The notes under the pieces were generated by a model. It saw only the letters and a program-made list of their open reading frames with translations. It searched no databases and had not been told where the DNA came from. Below are positions 26,301 to 35,273 of a stretch of 64,000 nt of DNA, one piece after another. How positions within the stretch are numbered: position 1 is the stretch's first letter; each line of letters begins with the position of its first letter. The stretch is from Anaerolineae bacterium. Its GTDB lineage: Bacteria > Chloroflexota > Anaerolineae > Aggregatilineales > Phototrophicaceae. Made by a program: the position numbers and the translations under genes. The stretch covers positions 81,548 through 145,547 of the forward strand of contig JAHDWN010000012.1 in assembly GCA_023382675.1 (NCBI GenBank), in the 5' to 3' direction.

Positions 26301-26328
26301 TTGAATCTCGGTGCCGCCTCGCTATAAT
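26301..26328 (+). promoter_or_regulatory. Sigma70-like promoter of ABC operon 1
   Basis: TTGAAT-16 nt-TATAAT, about 100 nt upstream of GTG 26431. Confidence 0.5.
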
Positions 26329-26343
26329 CGTCAACGTCGGAGT

Positions 26344-26355
26344 GCGCATTTGTGC
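26344..26355. promoter_or_regulatory. Candidate operator box (GCGCA-TT-TGTGC)
   Basis: One mismatch from the TCACA-NN-TGTGC box seen at 39017, 39207 and 42529. It lies just downstream of the -10 element. Confidence 0.4.
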
Positions 26356-26430
26356 ATTTCAGGCACGTTTGCCACTAGAGCAATGATATTTCAGCCTTTA
26401 CGCTAACTATTTTCTTCAGGAGGTTACGAA

Positions 26431-27942
26431 GTGTTCCTCAATTTGTCATATCGGCTTCGCAGATTGGCACCCATCGGGCTGGCAGTCGTTGTTTTGTTTG
26501 CGTTTGGGGCGCTCGTCGTGCTGGCTCAGGATGCACCAGCGCCGCTCGATGTGGTCAATTTCGAGTTGTGCTCCGATTTCGGTGGTGTGACGGTCGATGT
26601 TTTTGGCGATGCCGGGCATAACCTGAAGCCCTACGAATTCTGGGCGGACGACTTCGCGCAAATGGGCATCACCGTCAACATTGTTGACGCGCCATTCAAT
26701 GACGTTTACAGCCGTCTTCAAACAGAATTCATCGCTCAGAGCGGTGCATTCGACGTGGTGACGTTCTACCCGGCCTATATTGGCGACTTCGCTGGCAATG
26801 GCTACCTCATGCCGTTGGACGAATTCATGGGGCGTGAACCTGCCGCTGTTTGGGACCCGGTTCAGGATGATGTTCTTGCGCCATTCCGTGAGCTGTACAA
26901 CAAGTTCGGCGGGGAAACCTACGCCCTCACAATTGACGGTGACGTGCTCGTCATGATGTACCGCCAGGATCTGTTCGACAATCCAGATGAGCAGGCAGCC
27001 TTCCAGGCGCAGTATGGGCACGAACTGCGTCCGCCGGAGACGTGGGACGAATGGCTTGAGGTGGGTGAATTCTTCACGCGCGATGCGGGCGAAATGCTGG
27101 CAGGCGAGACCCTTGAGCAGCCGTTCTACGGCCTGGGTGAATATGGGCAGCGCGGTTTCAGCTATGCTTGGTATCTCAATCGCTTCGCTTCGAGCGGCGG
27201 TATCTACTTCGACGAAAACATGAACCCGCTCATCAACACGCCGGAAGCAGCCGCCGGCCTCCAGAACATGGTGGACGCGCTTCAGTACGCGCCGCCCGGT
27301 GTGTTGGGTTATGGCTACGATCAACTGCGTGATGCTTTCATTCAGGGTCAGGTCGCCATGGTTGTGCAGTGGACAGACGTGCCGAAGAAAGCCGGCGATC
27401 CTACGCAGGGATCGGTGATCGCGGGACGTGTCGGCGTCGGTCGCGTGCCGGGTACCTTGGTCGGCGATTCCGTGGTGCATCGCTCGATGATGCCGGTTGG
27501 CCGTGTCGTTGGTATCGCGGCGGATAGCGATCAGCCGGAAGCCGCCTACTGCATTGCCAAGTACATCGCCTACAATCGCAGCCTGGAAGACGTGTCAAGC
27601 TCGCTGACGGGCCTCGATCCGTATCGCATGACACATCTTGAGCATCCCGAAGCTTATACGATGTTCGAGAGCGAGGATGCCGCACGGGCATATCTTGAGG
27701 GTCTGCAAGTCGCGCTGGCAGATGGCTTCCCGGAGATCTTTATCCCTGGCGCAGCCGCCTACAATGACGCTCTCGACCTGCAGGTCAACCGCGCGCTCGC
27801 AGGCGAGGTTTCGCCGCAAGAGGCGCTCGACGCAGTCGCTGCCGAGTGGAACAACATCACCGACAGCCTCGGTCGCGACCGCCAAGTCGAGCTGTGGCGT
27901 CAGGCGCTGGAAAGCTACCGCGCACTCGGGTTGATCCAATAA
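26431..27942 (+). CDS. CUT1-family ABC sugar transporter substrate-binding protein
   Basis: AGGAGG SD upstream, and a signal peptide LAVVVLFAFGALVVLAQDAP. It is a family-1 extracellular solute-binding protein of about 500 aa, followed by two permease genes. Confidence 0.85.
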   Translation: MFLNLSYRLRRLAPIGLAVVVLFAFGALVVLAQDAPAPLDVVNFELCSDFGGVTVDVFGDAGHNLKPYEFWADDFAQMGITVNIVDAPFNDVYSRLQTEFIAQSGAFDVVTFYPAYIGDFAGNGYLMPLDEFMGREPAAVWDPVQDDVLAPFRELYNKFGGETYALTIDGDVLVMMYRQDLFDNPDEQAAFQAQYGHELRPPETWDEWLEVGEFFTRDAGEMLAGETLEQPFYGLGEYGQRGFSYAWYLNRFASSGGIYFDENMNPLINTPEAAAGLQNMVDALQYAPPGVLGYGYDQLRDAFIQGQVAMVVQWTDVPKKAGDPTQGSVIAGRVGVGRVPGTLVGDSVVHRSMMPVGRVVGIAADSDQPEAAYCIAKYIAYNRSLEDVSSSLTGLDPYRMTHLEHPEAYTMFESEDAARAYLEGLQVALADGFPEIFIPGAAAYNDALDLQVNRALAGEVSPQEALDAVAAEWNNITDSLGRDRQVELWRQALESYRALGLIQ

Positions 27943-27962
27943 CCTGCTGAAAGGCGAATTCC

Positions 27963-27985
27963 GGGGGCGTAAAAGCTACGCCCCC
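27963..27985 (+). terminator. Intercistronic stem-loop after the SBP gene (attenuator or mRNA stabiliser)
   Basis: GGGGGCGTA-AAAGC-TACGCCCCC. No clear U-tract follows. Confidence 0.4.
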
Positions 27986-28029
27986 ATCCCTTTCTCTAAA
28001 AAATTATCCTGGAGCGAGGATGCACTTCC

Positions 28030-28977
28030 ATGACGGTTAGTACCTCCGCAGCCTCGACGCCCTTTGTTTCATGGGCACAGCGCGTTTTTACACCCCGGCG
28101 CGTCGTTGCACTGGCGTTCGTTTTACCGGCGCTGGTGATTCTGCTTCTGATCACGATTTACCCACTGCTCTACACATTGCGCTTGACCGTCGTTCAGTGG
28201 GAACTCAGTAATGCTCGCGCACCCATCGAATTTGTGGGGCTGAACAATTTTGGCCGCGTCCTGGGCGATGCGCGCTTCTGGAACGCGATGCGCAATACGG
28301 GCATCCTGATCGGCGTGGGCGTCAGCCTAGAACTGGTTATCGGGGTCGGGCTGGCCTTACTACTGAATCAGGTGGTGCGCTTCCGTTCGGTTCTGGTCGC
28401 ACTCTTCCTTATCCCGGTTTTGATTGCGCCGGTCGTTTCCGGTTATATGTTTCGTTTAATTCTGCACGCCGATGTTGGCCCATTGAACTATCTGATCTAT
28501 CTGATCACGCAGGGTTCGTCGCGCGGATTTGGCTGGCTCTCCGATACCCACTATGCGCTCATGTCGATCATGGTGACGACTATCTGGCAGTGGACACCCT
28601 TTCTGATGCTGATCGCGCTCGCGGGTTTGCAGTCGATCCCGCAGGAGATCATCGAATCCGCTCTCGTGGATGGCGCAGCCGACTGGCGGATCTTCTGGTC
28701 GATCAAGCTGCCGTTGATCTTCCCGGTTTTGAGCGTTGGTCTGCTCATCCGCATCATGGACACATTCAAGACCTTCGATCTCGTGTATCTGCTCACCAGC
28801 GGCGGCCCGGGCAGCGCGACCGAAACCGTCGCCTACTACACGTATCTCAAAGGTTTTCGTGACTTCAGTATGGGCTACACAGCGGCGATGGCCTTCGTTC
28901 AGTTGGTGATCATTGTCATTATTGCCCGTCTGATTCTTGCGATGCAGAAACGTCAGCGAAGGGAAGACTACGCATGA
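28030..28977 (+). CDS. ABC sugar transporter permease (MalF/UgpA-like)
   Basis: Six TM segments and the EAA loop ESALVDGAADWRIFWSIKLPL. Confidence 0.9.
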   Translation: MTVSTSAASTPFVSWAQRVFTPRRVVALAFVLPALVILLLITIYPLLYTLRLTVVQWELSNARAPIEFVGLNNFGRVLGDARFWNAMRNTGILIGVGVSLELVIGVGLALLLNQVVRFRSVLVALFLIPVLIAPVVSGYMFRLILHADVGPLNYLIYLITQGSSRGFGWLSDTHYALMSIMVTTIWQWTPFLMLIALAGLQSIPQEIIESALVDGAADWRIFWSIKLPLIFPVLSVGLLIRIMDTFKTFDLVYLLTSGGPGSATETVAYYTYLKGFRDFSMGYTAAMAFVQLVIIVIIARLILAMQKRQRREDYA

Positions 28978-29807
28978 ACAGCAAACCCAGTCTTACCAAT
29001 CGCGTGCTTGTTCACGGCGTGCTTCTGTTCGCGCTGGCCGTCTTTATGTTCCCGGTGTTGTGGATGTTCTTAACCTCTTTCAAGGACTCCAACACAGAAT
29101 TCAATCGCTTTCCGCCGATCCTTTTCCCGGCAGAATGGAAGGTCAGCAACTACACTGACGCACTGACGGATAAGGGCGGACTGCGCGCGTTCGGTGATAG
29201 CCTGGTTATCGCTACTTCGACCGCGGTTATCTGCACGTTCTTCGGCGCGATGACCGCCTACAGCCTGGCACGTTTTCGCACGGGCGGGCAGGATTTCGCC
29301 TTCTGGATTCTTTCGACACGCATGTTCCCGCCGGTGGCGTCTGCGCTGCCGCTGTTTTTGATCTTTCGCGAACTGCGGTTACTCGACACATACAGCGTGT
29401 TGATCGTCGCCAACACGGTCTTCAATCTGCCGTTTGCGACGTGGCTGCTCAAAGGTTTCATCGAAGATCTACCGGCAGAACTGGAAGAATCGGCACGTGT
29501 CGATGGCTGCAGCTACTTTCGCGCCTTCCTCCAGATCACGCTGCCGCTCATCACGCCGGGGCTGGTCGTTACCGCGCTGTTCTCGTTCATCTTCACCTGG
29601 AACGAGTTCATGTTCGCGCTGCTGCTCACACGCAACAAGGTGCAGCCGATCACGACCGTGTTGCCGACGCTGGTCGGTGGTCACGAGACACTGTGGGGCC
29701 AGATCGCTGCCCTCGGCATGATCGCGATTATTCCGGGGACGCTGCTTGCGCTGTTCTTGCAGCGTTACATCGTGCGCGGGTTGACGTTGGGCGCGGTCAA
29801 GGGCTGA
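28974..29807 (+). CDS. ABC sugar transporter permease (MalG/UgpE-like)
   Basis: A 4-nt overlap with the upstream permease. EAA loop ESARVDGCSYFRAFLQITLPL. Confidence 0.9.
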   Translation: MNSKPSLTNRVLVHGVLLFALAVFMFPVLWMFLTSFKDSNTEFNRFPPILFPAEWKVSNYTDALTDKGGLRAFGDSLVIATSTAVICTFFGAMTAYSLARFRTGGQDFAFWILSTRMFPPVASALPLFLIFRELRLLDTYSVLIVANTVFNLPFATWLLKGFIEDLPAELEESARVDGCSYFRAFLQITLPLITPGLVVTALFSFIFTWNEFMFALLLTRNKVQPITTVLPTLVGGHETLWGQIAALGMIAIIPGTLLALFLQRYIVRGLTLGAVKG

Positions 29808-29928
29808 CGACGCGCACCAGGGGCGGGCAGGCGGCTGTATTCTGTCGCTTTGAATTCGCGGATATGTTATCTTTGCGGCACAGATTTTCTCCGCAAAGGA
29901 TGTTTGTTTCGTAAAGGTGAAACACCTT

Positions 29929-31428
29929 ATGGCGCGCTACGTCATTGGCATTGATGTGAGTACGACTGCTTCCAAAGCGCTGGTGATTGACGAAACCGGG
30001 GCCGTCGTCGCATCCAGGAGCCATTCCCACGAACTTTCAACCCCTCGGCCACTCTGGTCTGAACAAGATCCGGAAAACTGGTGGCAGGCAACCGCAGCCT
30101 CACTGCGTGACGTGCTCAAACAGGTAGCCGCCGAAGATGTCGCGGCGATAGGTTTGACCGGGCAAATGCATGGACTGACCTCACTAGACAAGGACGGTCG
30201 TCCACTGCGCCCGGCCATCTTGTGGAACGATCAGCGCAGCGGCAAACAGTGTGAAGAAATCACGGCCAAGATCGGCGCAAAGCGGCTCTACCAGTTGATT
30301 GGCAGTATTCTGCTGGCCGGGTTTACAGCGCCGAAAATCCTGTGGCTGAAGCAGAATGAGCCGGAGATCTTCAGCCAGATTGCGCATGTCCTGCTGCCGA
30401 AGGATTATGTCCGCTACCGGCTGAGCGGCGCATTCGTCGCCGACGTTGCCGACGGATCGGGCTTTGCGCTGATGGATATTGGCAAGCGGACATGGTCGGA
30501 CGAGCTGCTGGCCGCCTATGGCATCCCGCGTGCGTGGCTGCCCGAACTCTGCGAATCACCCGACATATGCGCTCACGTCAGCGAAGAGGCCGCCGCTGTC
30601 ACAGGCTTGAAAGCCGGCACGCCCATCGTTGGCGGCGCAGGCGATCAACCGGCGGCGATGGTGGGCATGGGTATTGTCGAGATGGGGCGGGCCAGTCTGG
30701 CGATTGGCACGTCGGGTGTCGCGCACGCCATCAGCGATCACTACGCGCCCGAACCGGATGGCCGCCTGCACACGTTCTGCGGGCCAATGGCTGGCACATG
30801 GTTTCACATGGGCGTCATGTTGAGCGCAGCAGGTGGATTGCGCTGGCTGCATGACGAACTTGCGCCCGGCCAGAGCTACGATCAGATCAATCAGTGGGCA
30901 GAGAGTGTGCCGCCTGGATCGCTGGGATTGGTGTTCGCACCTTACCTGACCGGCGAGCGTAACCCGCACCCCGACCCCTATGCGCGTGGCGCATTCGTCG
31001 GCCTAACGCTCCGGCACGGTCTGCCACACATGATCCGCGCGACCATGGAAGGGATTGCCTTCGGGATGCGCGATCAACTGGAACTGCTGCGCTCGCTCGG
31101 CGTTAATCCATCCGAAGCGGTCGTGACCGGCGGCGCGACCAACAGTGCTGTCTGGTTGAAGCTGACGACCGATATCATGGGCATTCCTCTCTACACCATC
31201 AACACCAATGAAGGATCGGCCTTCGGCGCGGCGATTCTGGCCGCCGTCGGATCAGGGATGCACGCCAGTGTCCCGGAAGCCTGTAGACAAATGGTGCGCA
31301 AGGTGGATACCACTTTCCCGGACGCGGAGAGCGCCGCGCAATACGAGAAACTCTATACCATCTTTCGCGGATTGTACCCATCGCTGAAAGAGACGTATCA
31401 CGCGCTGGCGAGGTTTGAAGGCATGTAA
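29929..31428 (+). CDS. xylB: Xylulokinase (FGGY family)
   Basis: YVIGIDVSTTASKALVID...LWSEQDPENWW...GLTGQMHG...GGAGDQPA...VTGGATNSAVW. ATG 29929 is preferred over GTG 29917. Confidence 0.8.
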   Translation: MARYVIGIDVSTTASKALVIDETGAVVASRSHSHELSTPRPLWSEQDPENWWQATAASLRDVLKQVAAEDVAAIGLTGQMHGLTSLDKDGRPLRPAILWNDQRSGKQCEEITAKIGAKRLYQLIGSILLAGFTAPKILWLKQNEPEIFSQIAHVLLPKDYVRYRLSGAFVADVADGSGFALMDIGKRTWSDELLAAYGIPRAWLPELCESPDICAHVSEEAAAVTGLKAGTPIVGGAGDQPAAMVGMGIVEMGRASLAIGTSGVAHAISDHYAPEPDGRLHTFCGPMAGTWFHMGVMLSAAGGLRWLHDELAPGQSYDQINQWAESVPPGSLGLVFAPYLTGERNPHPDPYARGAFVGLTLRHGLPHMIRATMEGIAFGMRDQLELLRSLGVNPSEAVVTGGATNSAVWLKLTTDIMGIPLYTINTNEGSAFGAAILAAVGSGMHASVPEACRQMVRKVDTTFPDAESAAQYEKLYTIFRGLYPSLKETYHALARFEGM

Positions 31429-31433
31429 TCTGG

Positions 31434-32060
31434 ATGCAGAGCTTTGGGCTGCGTCTCACCATCACGCTACTGCTGATACTTGCGCTGGCATCCGGCGCTG
31501 CGCTGTCCGCAGGGCGTGCGCTCAGGCTTCCCGAAGACAGCCGCGTCAGGCTGATCGCGTGGTGTGAGACGTCGCCCTGCGTCATGGACATTGTCCCCGG
31601 TGAAACTGGCTGGATACGAACACAAGGGCAGCTTGACGATCTGCCTGATAGAGTGCTGTTCCCCAGGCAAATAATCGTGCGCCTGGAACACATCGACCTC
31701 GAATTCTATCCCTCGGTCAACGGGGAGTCGGTCGGACGTATCTTCTTGCATTTCCCCCAGAATCATCACTTTGATGCGGGCTGGATCGTGCAGCGCTTCG
31801 GTGAGCCATGCGGCGTGAGCATTTACCCTGCGTCCGACCAGATGACGCTGCGCTTTCCTTTCTTGCTCGCCAATGTGAACGTCGATGATGACCGCCTGCG
31901 CCCACAATCTGCTGTGTCAATGATCTCGTTACAAGATCCGCATTTCCGGTTCGAGGCACAGCCCGATCCATGCATCGACAATATCACCAGCCGTCAGATG
32001 TTGAACAGCCTGTGGAAGGGGTTTTCCACAGTCGGCTACTATCGAGCGCACCAGCAATGA
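31434..32060 (+). CDS. Hypothetical secreted protein
   Basis: Signal peptide LTITLLLILALASGAALSAG. I recognise no family. It starts 5 nt after xylB. Confidence 0.5.
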   Translation: MQSFGLRLTITLLLILALASGAALSAGRALRLPEDSRVRLIAWCETSPCVMDIVPGETGWIRTQGQLDDLPDRVLFPRQIIVRLEHIDLEFYPSVNGESVGRIFLHFPQNHHFDAGWIVQRFGEPCGVSIYPASDQMTLRFPFLLANVNVDDDRLRPQSAVSMISLQDPHFRFEAQPDPCIDNITSRQMLNSLWKGFSTVGYYRAHQQ

Positions 32061-32071
32061 CGGCGTGCGAG

Positions 32072-33028
32072 CTAGAGGCGTTTTGCTTCTTCCAGGACGG
32101 CGCGCGCTGTCACTGCGTCTGTGGCGAGCGCTGTGATGTAGCCGCCCTCGAGCGCGCCGAGAATGCCCCGTGCTTTGGGCAGACCGCAAGCCACGGCCAC
32201 GACGTTGGGGATGGTCTTGACTTGATCCAGCCGTAGCGCGATGACCCGGTCGTTGATGTCATAATCGGCACGGCCATGAACATCGAAATGCCGCCCCGCG
32301 GTTTCGCCAACAACGCCCTGTGCGCGTAACTCACTGACCTGCTCTTCGGTCAGGTGACGTGCTCGCAGGAAGCTGGAAGCGCCGGGCGCGGTTGTGCCAA
32401 CGCCAACCAGAGCGACCTGTGCTCCCAAAGCGCGCGTTAGCGTGTCGGCTATCGTCGGTTGTTCTAAGAAGCGGTCGCGTGTCGTTCGGCTATCGACAAA
32501 CAAAGGCGCGTGCAGATAGTAGTAATTACCGCCCAGCTTATTTGCCAACTGCCGCGCCAGTTCTGGGCCGTCGATGACGGAGGCGACCGTGCCCACACTG
32601 CCGATCATTTGTACGACATCGATCTGGAGATCGTGCTGTACCGACACGGCAGTGACGGCGGCACTCACGCCCGTCCCCCAGGAAATGCCAATGACCGTGT
32701 GTGGTCGCAGAATTTCTTCCAGATGCCAGGCAGCAAGCTGTCCAGCAGATGCCAACCGTTCTTCATAGCTGTCGTCGGTACTATCGACGATCATGGCCTG
32801 TTTCAAGCTGAACTGCTCGACAAAGGCACGCTCTAATTCTGGAGAAGTCGTAATCCGCCGATGAATGCGGATTTCCACCAGGCCTTTTTGTTTAGCCTCT
32901 TTGAGTAGGCGCGAGATATTCGAGCGAGAAATCTGCAATTTGTCGGCGATCTCTTGCTGATTGAAATCGTACTCGTAGTACAGTGATGCGACCCGGGTGA
33001 GGAGATCGTCGCGGTTGCTAAACTGCAT
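32072..33028 (-). CDS. SorC/DeoR-type sugar-binding transcriptional regulator
   Basis: N-terminal HTH VASLYYEYDFNQQEIADKLQISRSNISRLLKEAKQKGLVEIRI, followed by a sugar-phosphate-binding domain. Confidence 0.85.
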   Translation of the reverse strand: MQFSNRDDLLTRVASLYYEYDFNQQEIADKLQISRSNISRLLKEAKQKGLVEIRIHRRITTSPELERAFVEQFSLKQAMIVDSTDDSYEERLASAGQLAAWHLEEILRPHTVIGISWGTGVSAAVTAVSVQHDLQIDVVQMIGSVGTVASVIDGPELARQLANKLGGNYYYLHAPLFVDSRTTRDRFLEQPTIADTLTRALGAQVALVGVGTTAPGASSFLRARHLTEEQVSELRAQGVVGETAGRHFDVHGRADYDINDRVIALRLDQVKTIPNVVAVACGLPKARGILGALEGGYITALATDAVTARAVLEEAKRL

Positions 33029-33110
33029 CTGGCCTCTTCGACATGAGCGACGAAAGATAAATTATTGTAATCTTTGTACAACTTCAAACGCAACTGTGTT
33101 CGTGACCAGA

Positions 33111-33138
33111 ATGAAGGCACAGGTTTCTGTGCCTTCAT
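33111..33138 (-). terminator. 12-bp stem-loop downstream of the RpiB-like gene
   Basis: ATGAAGGCACAG-GTTT-CTGTGCCTTCAT. The U-tract is weak. Confidence 0.45.
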
Positions 33139-33153
33139 CCCTGGTGTGATTTG

Positions 33154-33621
33154 TCATTCAGCACTTTCGCGCTGCTGTCTGTATTGCTCGTCAATCGCAT
33201 TCATTTTGGCGACCTTCGGCGCAGATCGTCCACCCGCAAATTCCGAATCCAGCCATGCGTTGATAATTGACTTTGCAAGTTCTGGGCCGATGACGCGCGA
33301 ACCCATCGTGATCACCTGGGCATCATTGCTCTTGCGTGCTCGTTCCGCAGAGTACGTGTCGTGGCATAACGCCGCGCGCACACCCGGCACTTTGTTTGCC
33401 GTGATGGACATGCCGATACCTGTGCCACAGACGAGGATACCTCGGTCACACTCACCTTTCGAAACCGCTTCGGCCACTTTCAGGCCAATATCCGGATAAT
33501 CAACCGGGTCGGTGGAATGAACACCAAAATCCTCGACGGGGATGTTCTTTTCCTTGAGCAAATCACGAATCACATCGAGCAATGGCAGACCGGCTTCGTC
33601 ACAACCAATTGCAATACGCAT
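33154..33621 (-). CDS. rpiB: RpiB/LacA/LacB-family sugar-phosphate isomerase
   Basis: MRIAIGCDEAG...CGTGIGMSITANKVPGVRAALCHD...AERARKSNDAQVITMG. The physiological substrate is not assignable from sequence. Confidence 0.85.
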   Translation of the reverse strand: MRIAIGCDEAGLPLLDVIRDLLKEKNIPVEDFGVHSTDPVDYPDIGLKVAEAVSKGECDRGILVCGTGIGMSITANKVPGVRAALCHDTYSAERARKSNDAQVITMGSRVIGPELAKSIINAWLDSEFAGGRSAPKVAKMNAIDEQYRQQRESAE

Positions 33622-33647
33622 AGGGATTCCTCTCACTGTATCTGTCT

Positions 33648-35183
33648 CTAGCCTTCTTGATCATATGTGAGTTCTGTCAAACGGTCGATAGATTGCTGCA
33701 GCGCTGGGAATAGCCCGACATACACCTCACGAAAAAGACGATCATAGATGGCATGTGTTTTGTCATCTGGCTTGAAGCTGCGGCCCGTTTTCGTCATGGC
33801 TTGCGCAGCTTCGCGGACGCTCGAATACCAGCCAGCGGCGTAAGCTGCCAGGATACCTGCGCCCAGGTTGGTGGCTTCGGTCGTGCTCGCTCGCGTCACA
33901 CGAGTATTGTGGACATCCGCCACGATCTGGCACCAGAGTGTACTGCGTGAGCCACCACCCATCAGAATAAACTCGTTGATAGATGTACCGGTTGCGCGTG
34001 CCACGCCTTCCATGGTCAGGCGGTGTTCGTAGGCGATACCCTCAAGAACAGCGCGGTAAAAATGCTCGCGGCGATGTGCGCCCGTCCAGCCCACAGTGAT
34101 ACCGGTCGCGGCTGCGTCCCAATAAGGAGGCATCACGCCGTTCCAATAAGGTACCAGCATCAAACCGAGTGCCCCCGGCGGCAGTTTGCTTGCTGCCAGT
34201 TCCAGCACTTCTTCGCGCGAAACAGGTAAATGCACCCCGCCCATATCCGGGCCGAAATTATCGACGAACCAACTTACGGTAAATGTGCCGCCGCCGAGCA
34301 CTTCCTCAGCCACATAAGCACCCGCCAATGGCGAACACAACGTGCGGAAGGCGCGGTCGGCCACATATTGTTCCAGGTGTGCCCCGGAAACCATTGCTGT
34401 GCCCAGATTGAGATAGGCCTTGCCGGCTTCGGTGATGTTGGCTCCCAGGCCAGCACTCTGACCATCGCCCGCGCCCGCGACCACCGGCGTGCCTGGTGGC
34501 AACCCGGTCAATCTGGCAGCCTCGTCAGTGACTTCGCCCATCACGGAACCCGGAGGTGTCAGTGCGACGAACAGCTCAGGGTTGATGTCAAGCTGTCGCA
34601 TCAAATCGGACGCCCAGGCATTCCGGCGCATATCGAGCAAGCCCATCGGATCGGCGGCTGGCACACTCGTGATCCAGAGTCCGGTAAGGCGCTTGACGAG
34701 AAAGGCGTGGACGTCAAGAACCCTGTATGCGCGGCGCAGCACATCGGGTTCGTGTGTTTGCAGCCACAGAAGCTCCGGCAATGACTGCTTGGTCGATGGC
34801 CCTTTGCCGGTCAGATCCTGGATGGCGTCACTTCCAATCCGGCGATCCAGATCTTCAACCTCTAGGCGACAGCGATCATCCACCCACAGAATGGCATTTC
34901 GAATGGGGTGACAGTCTTCGTCAACCGGGACAAAGGTTTCTCTCTGGTGGGTGATGCATAGAGCAGCGATCCGATCCGAACCCACTTTGCCGGTCAGCTC
35001 CATCAGCGTCTGGCACAGGGCAGTCCACCAATCATCCGCGTTTTGTTCATACCAGTTGGGGTTAGGTGACACCAGATCGAAGCTTGCGCGACTTTCGGCG
35101 ATGGCCTGACCATGGCGATCCCAGGCAATCGCTTTGCAAGCAGTCGTACTGCTGTCGACGCCAATAACGAGATCTTTCGTCAT
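33648..35183 (-). CDS. FGGY-family carbohydrate kinase, specificity unknown
   Basis: LVIGVDSSTTACKAIAWD, GAGDGQSAGLG and MGGGSRSTLWCQIVADV are present. It is distinct from the xylB copy. Confidence 0.8.
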   Translation of the reverse strand: MTKDLVIGVDSSTTACKAIAWDRHGQAIAESRASFDLVSPNPNWYEQNADDWWTALCQTLMELTGKVGSDRIAALCITHQRETFVPVDEDCHPIRNAILWVDDRCRLEVEDLDRRIGSDAIQDLTGKGPSTKQSLPELLWLQTHEPDVLRRAYRVLDVHAFLVKRLTGLWITSVPAADPMGLLDMRRNAWASDLMRQLDINPELFVALTPPGSVMGEVTDEAARLTGLPPGTPVVAGAGDGQSAGLGANITEAGKAYLNLGTAMVSGAHLEQYVADRAFRTLCSPLAGAYVAEEVLGGGTFTVSWFVDNFGPDMGGVHLPVSREEVLELAASKLPPGALGLMLVPYWNGVMPPYWDAAATGITVGWTGAHRREHFYRAVLEGIAYEHRLTMEGVARATGTSINEFILMGGGSRSTLWCQIVADVHNTRVTRASTTEATNLGAGILAAYAAGWYSSVREAAQAMTKTGRSFKPDDKTHAIYDRLFREVYVGLFPALQQSIDRLTELTYDQEG

Positions 35184-35223
35184 AGCTGTGGTTGCTTCCC
35201 TAATAACACTAAATAATTCCATC

Positions 35224-35251
35224 GTAGGGACACACAGAATGCGTGTCCCTA
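35224..35251 (-). terminator. Intercistronic stem-loop after the second SBP gene
   Basis: GTAGGGACAC-N8-GTGTCCCTAC. Confidence 0.4.
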
Positions 35252-35273
35252 CAAGTAGGGGAGAGCGTTGTTT

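Noticed and set aside
26446-27480. 344-aa antisense ORF inside the first SBP gene, and similar long shadow ORFs at 12983-13771, 40533-41402, 51229-52506, 7312-8001 and 59827-60489
   Set aside because: All lie opposite confidently assigned genes. They have biased R/A/H/G composition and no recognisable motifs. These are GC-driven shadow ORFs.
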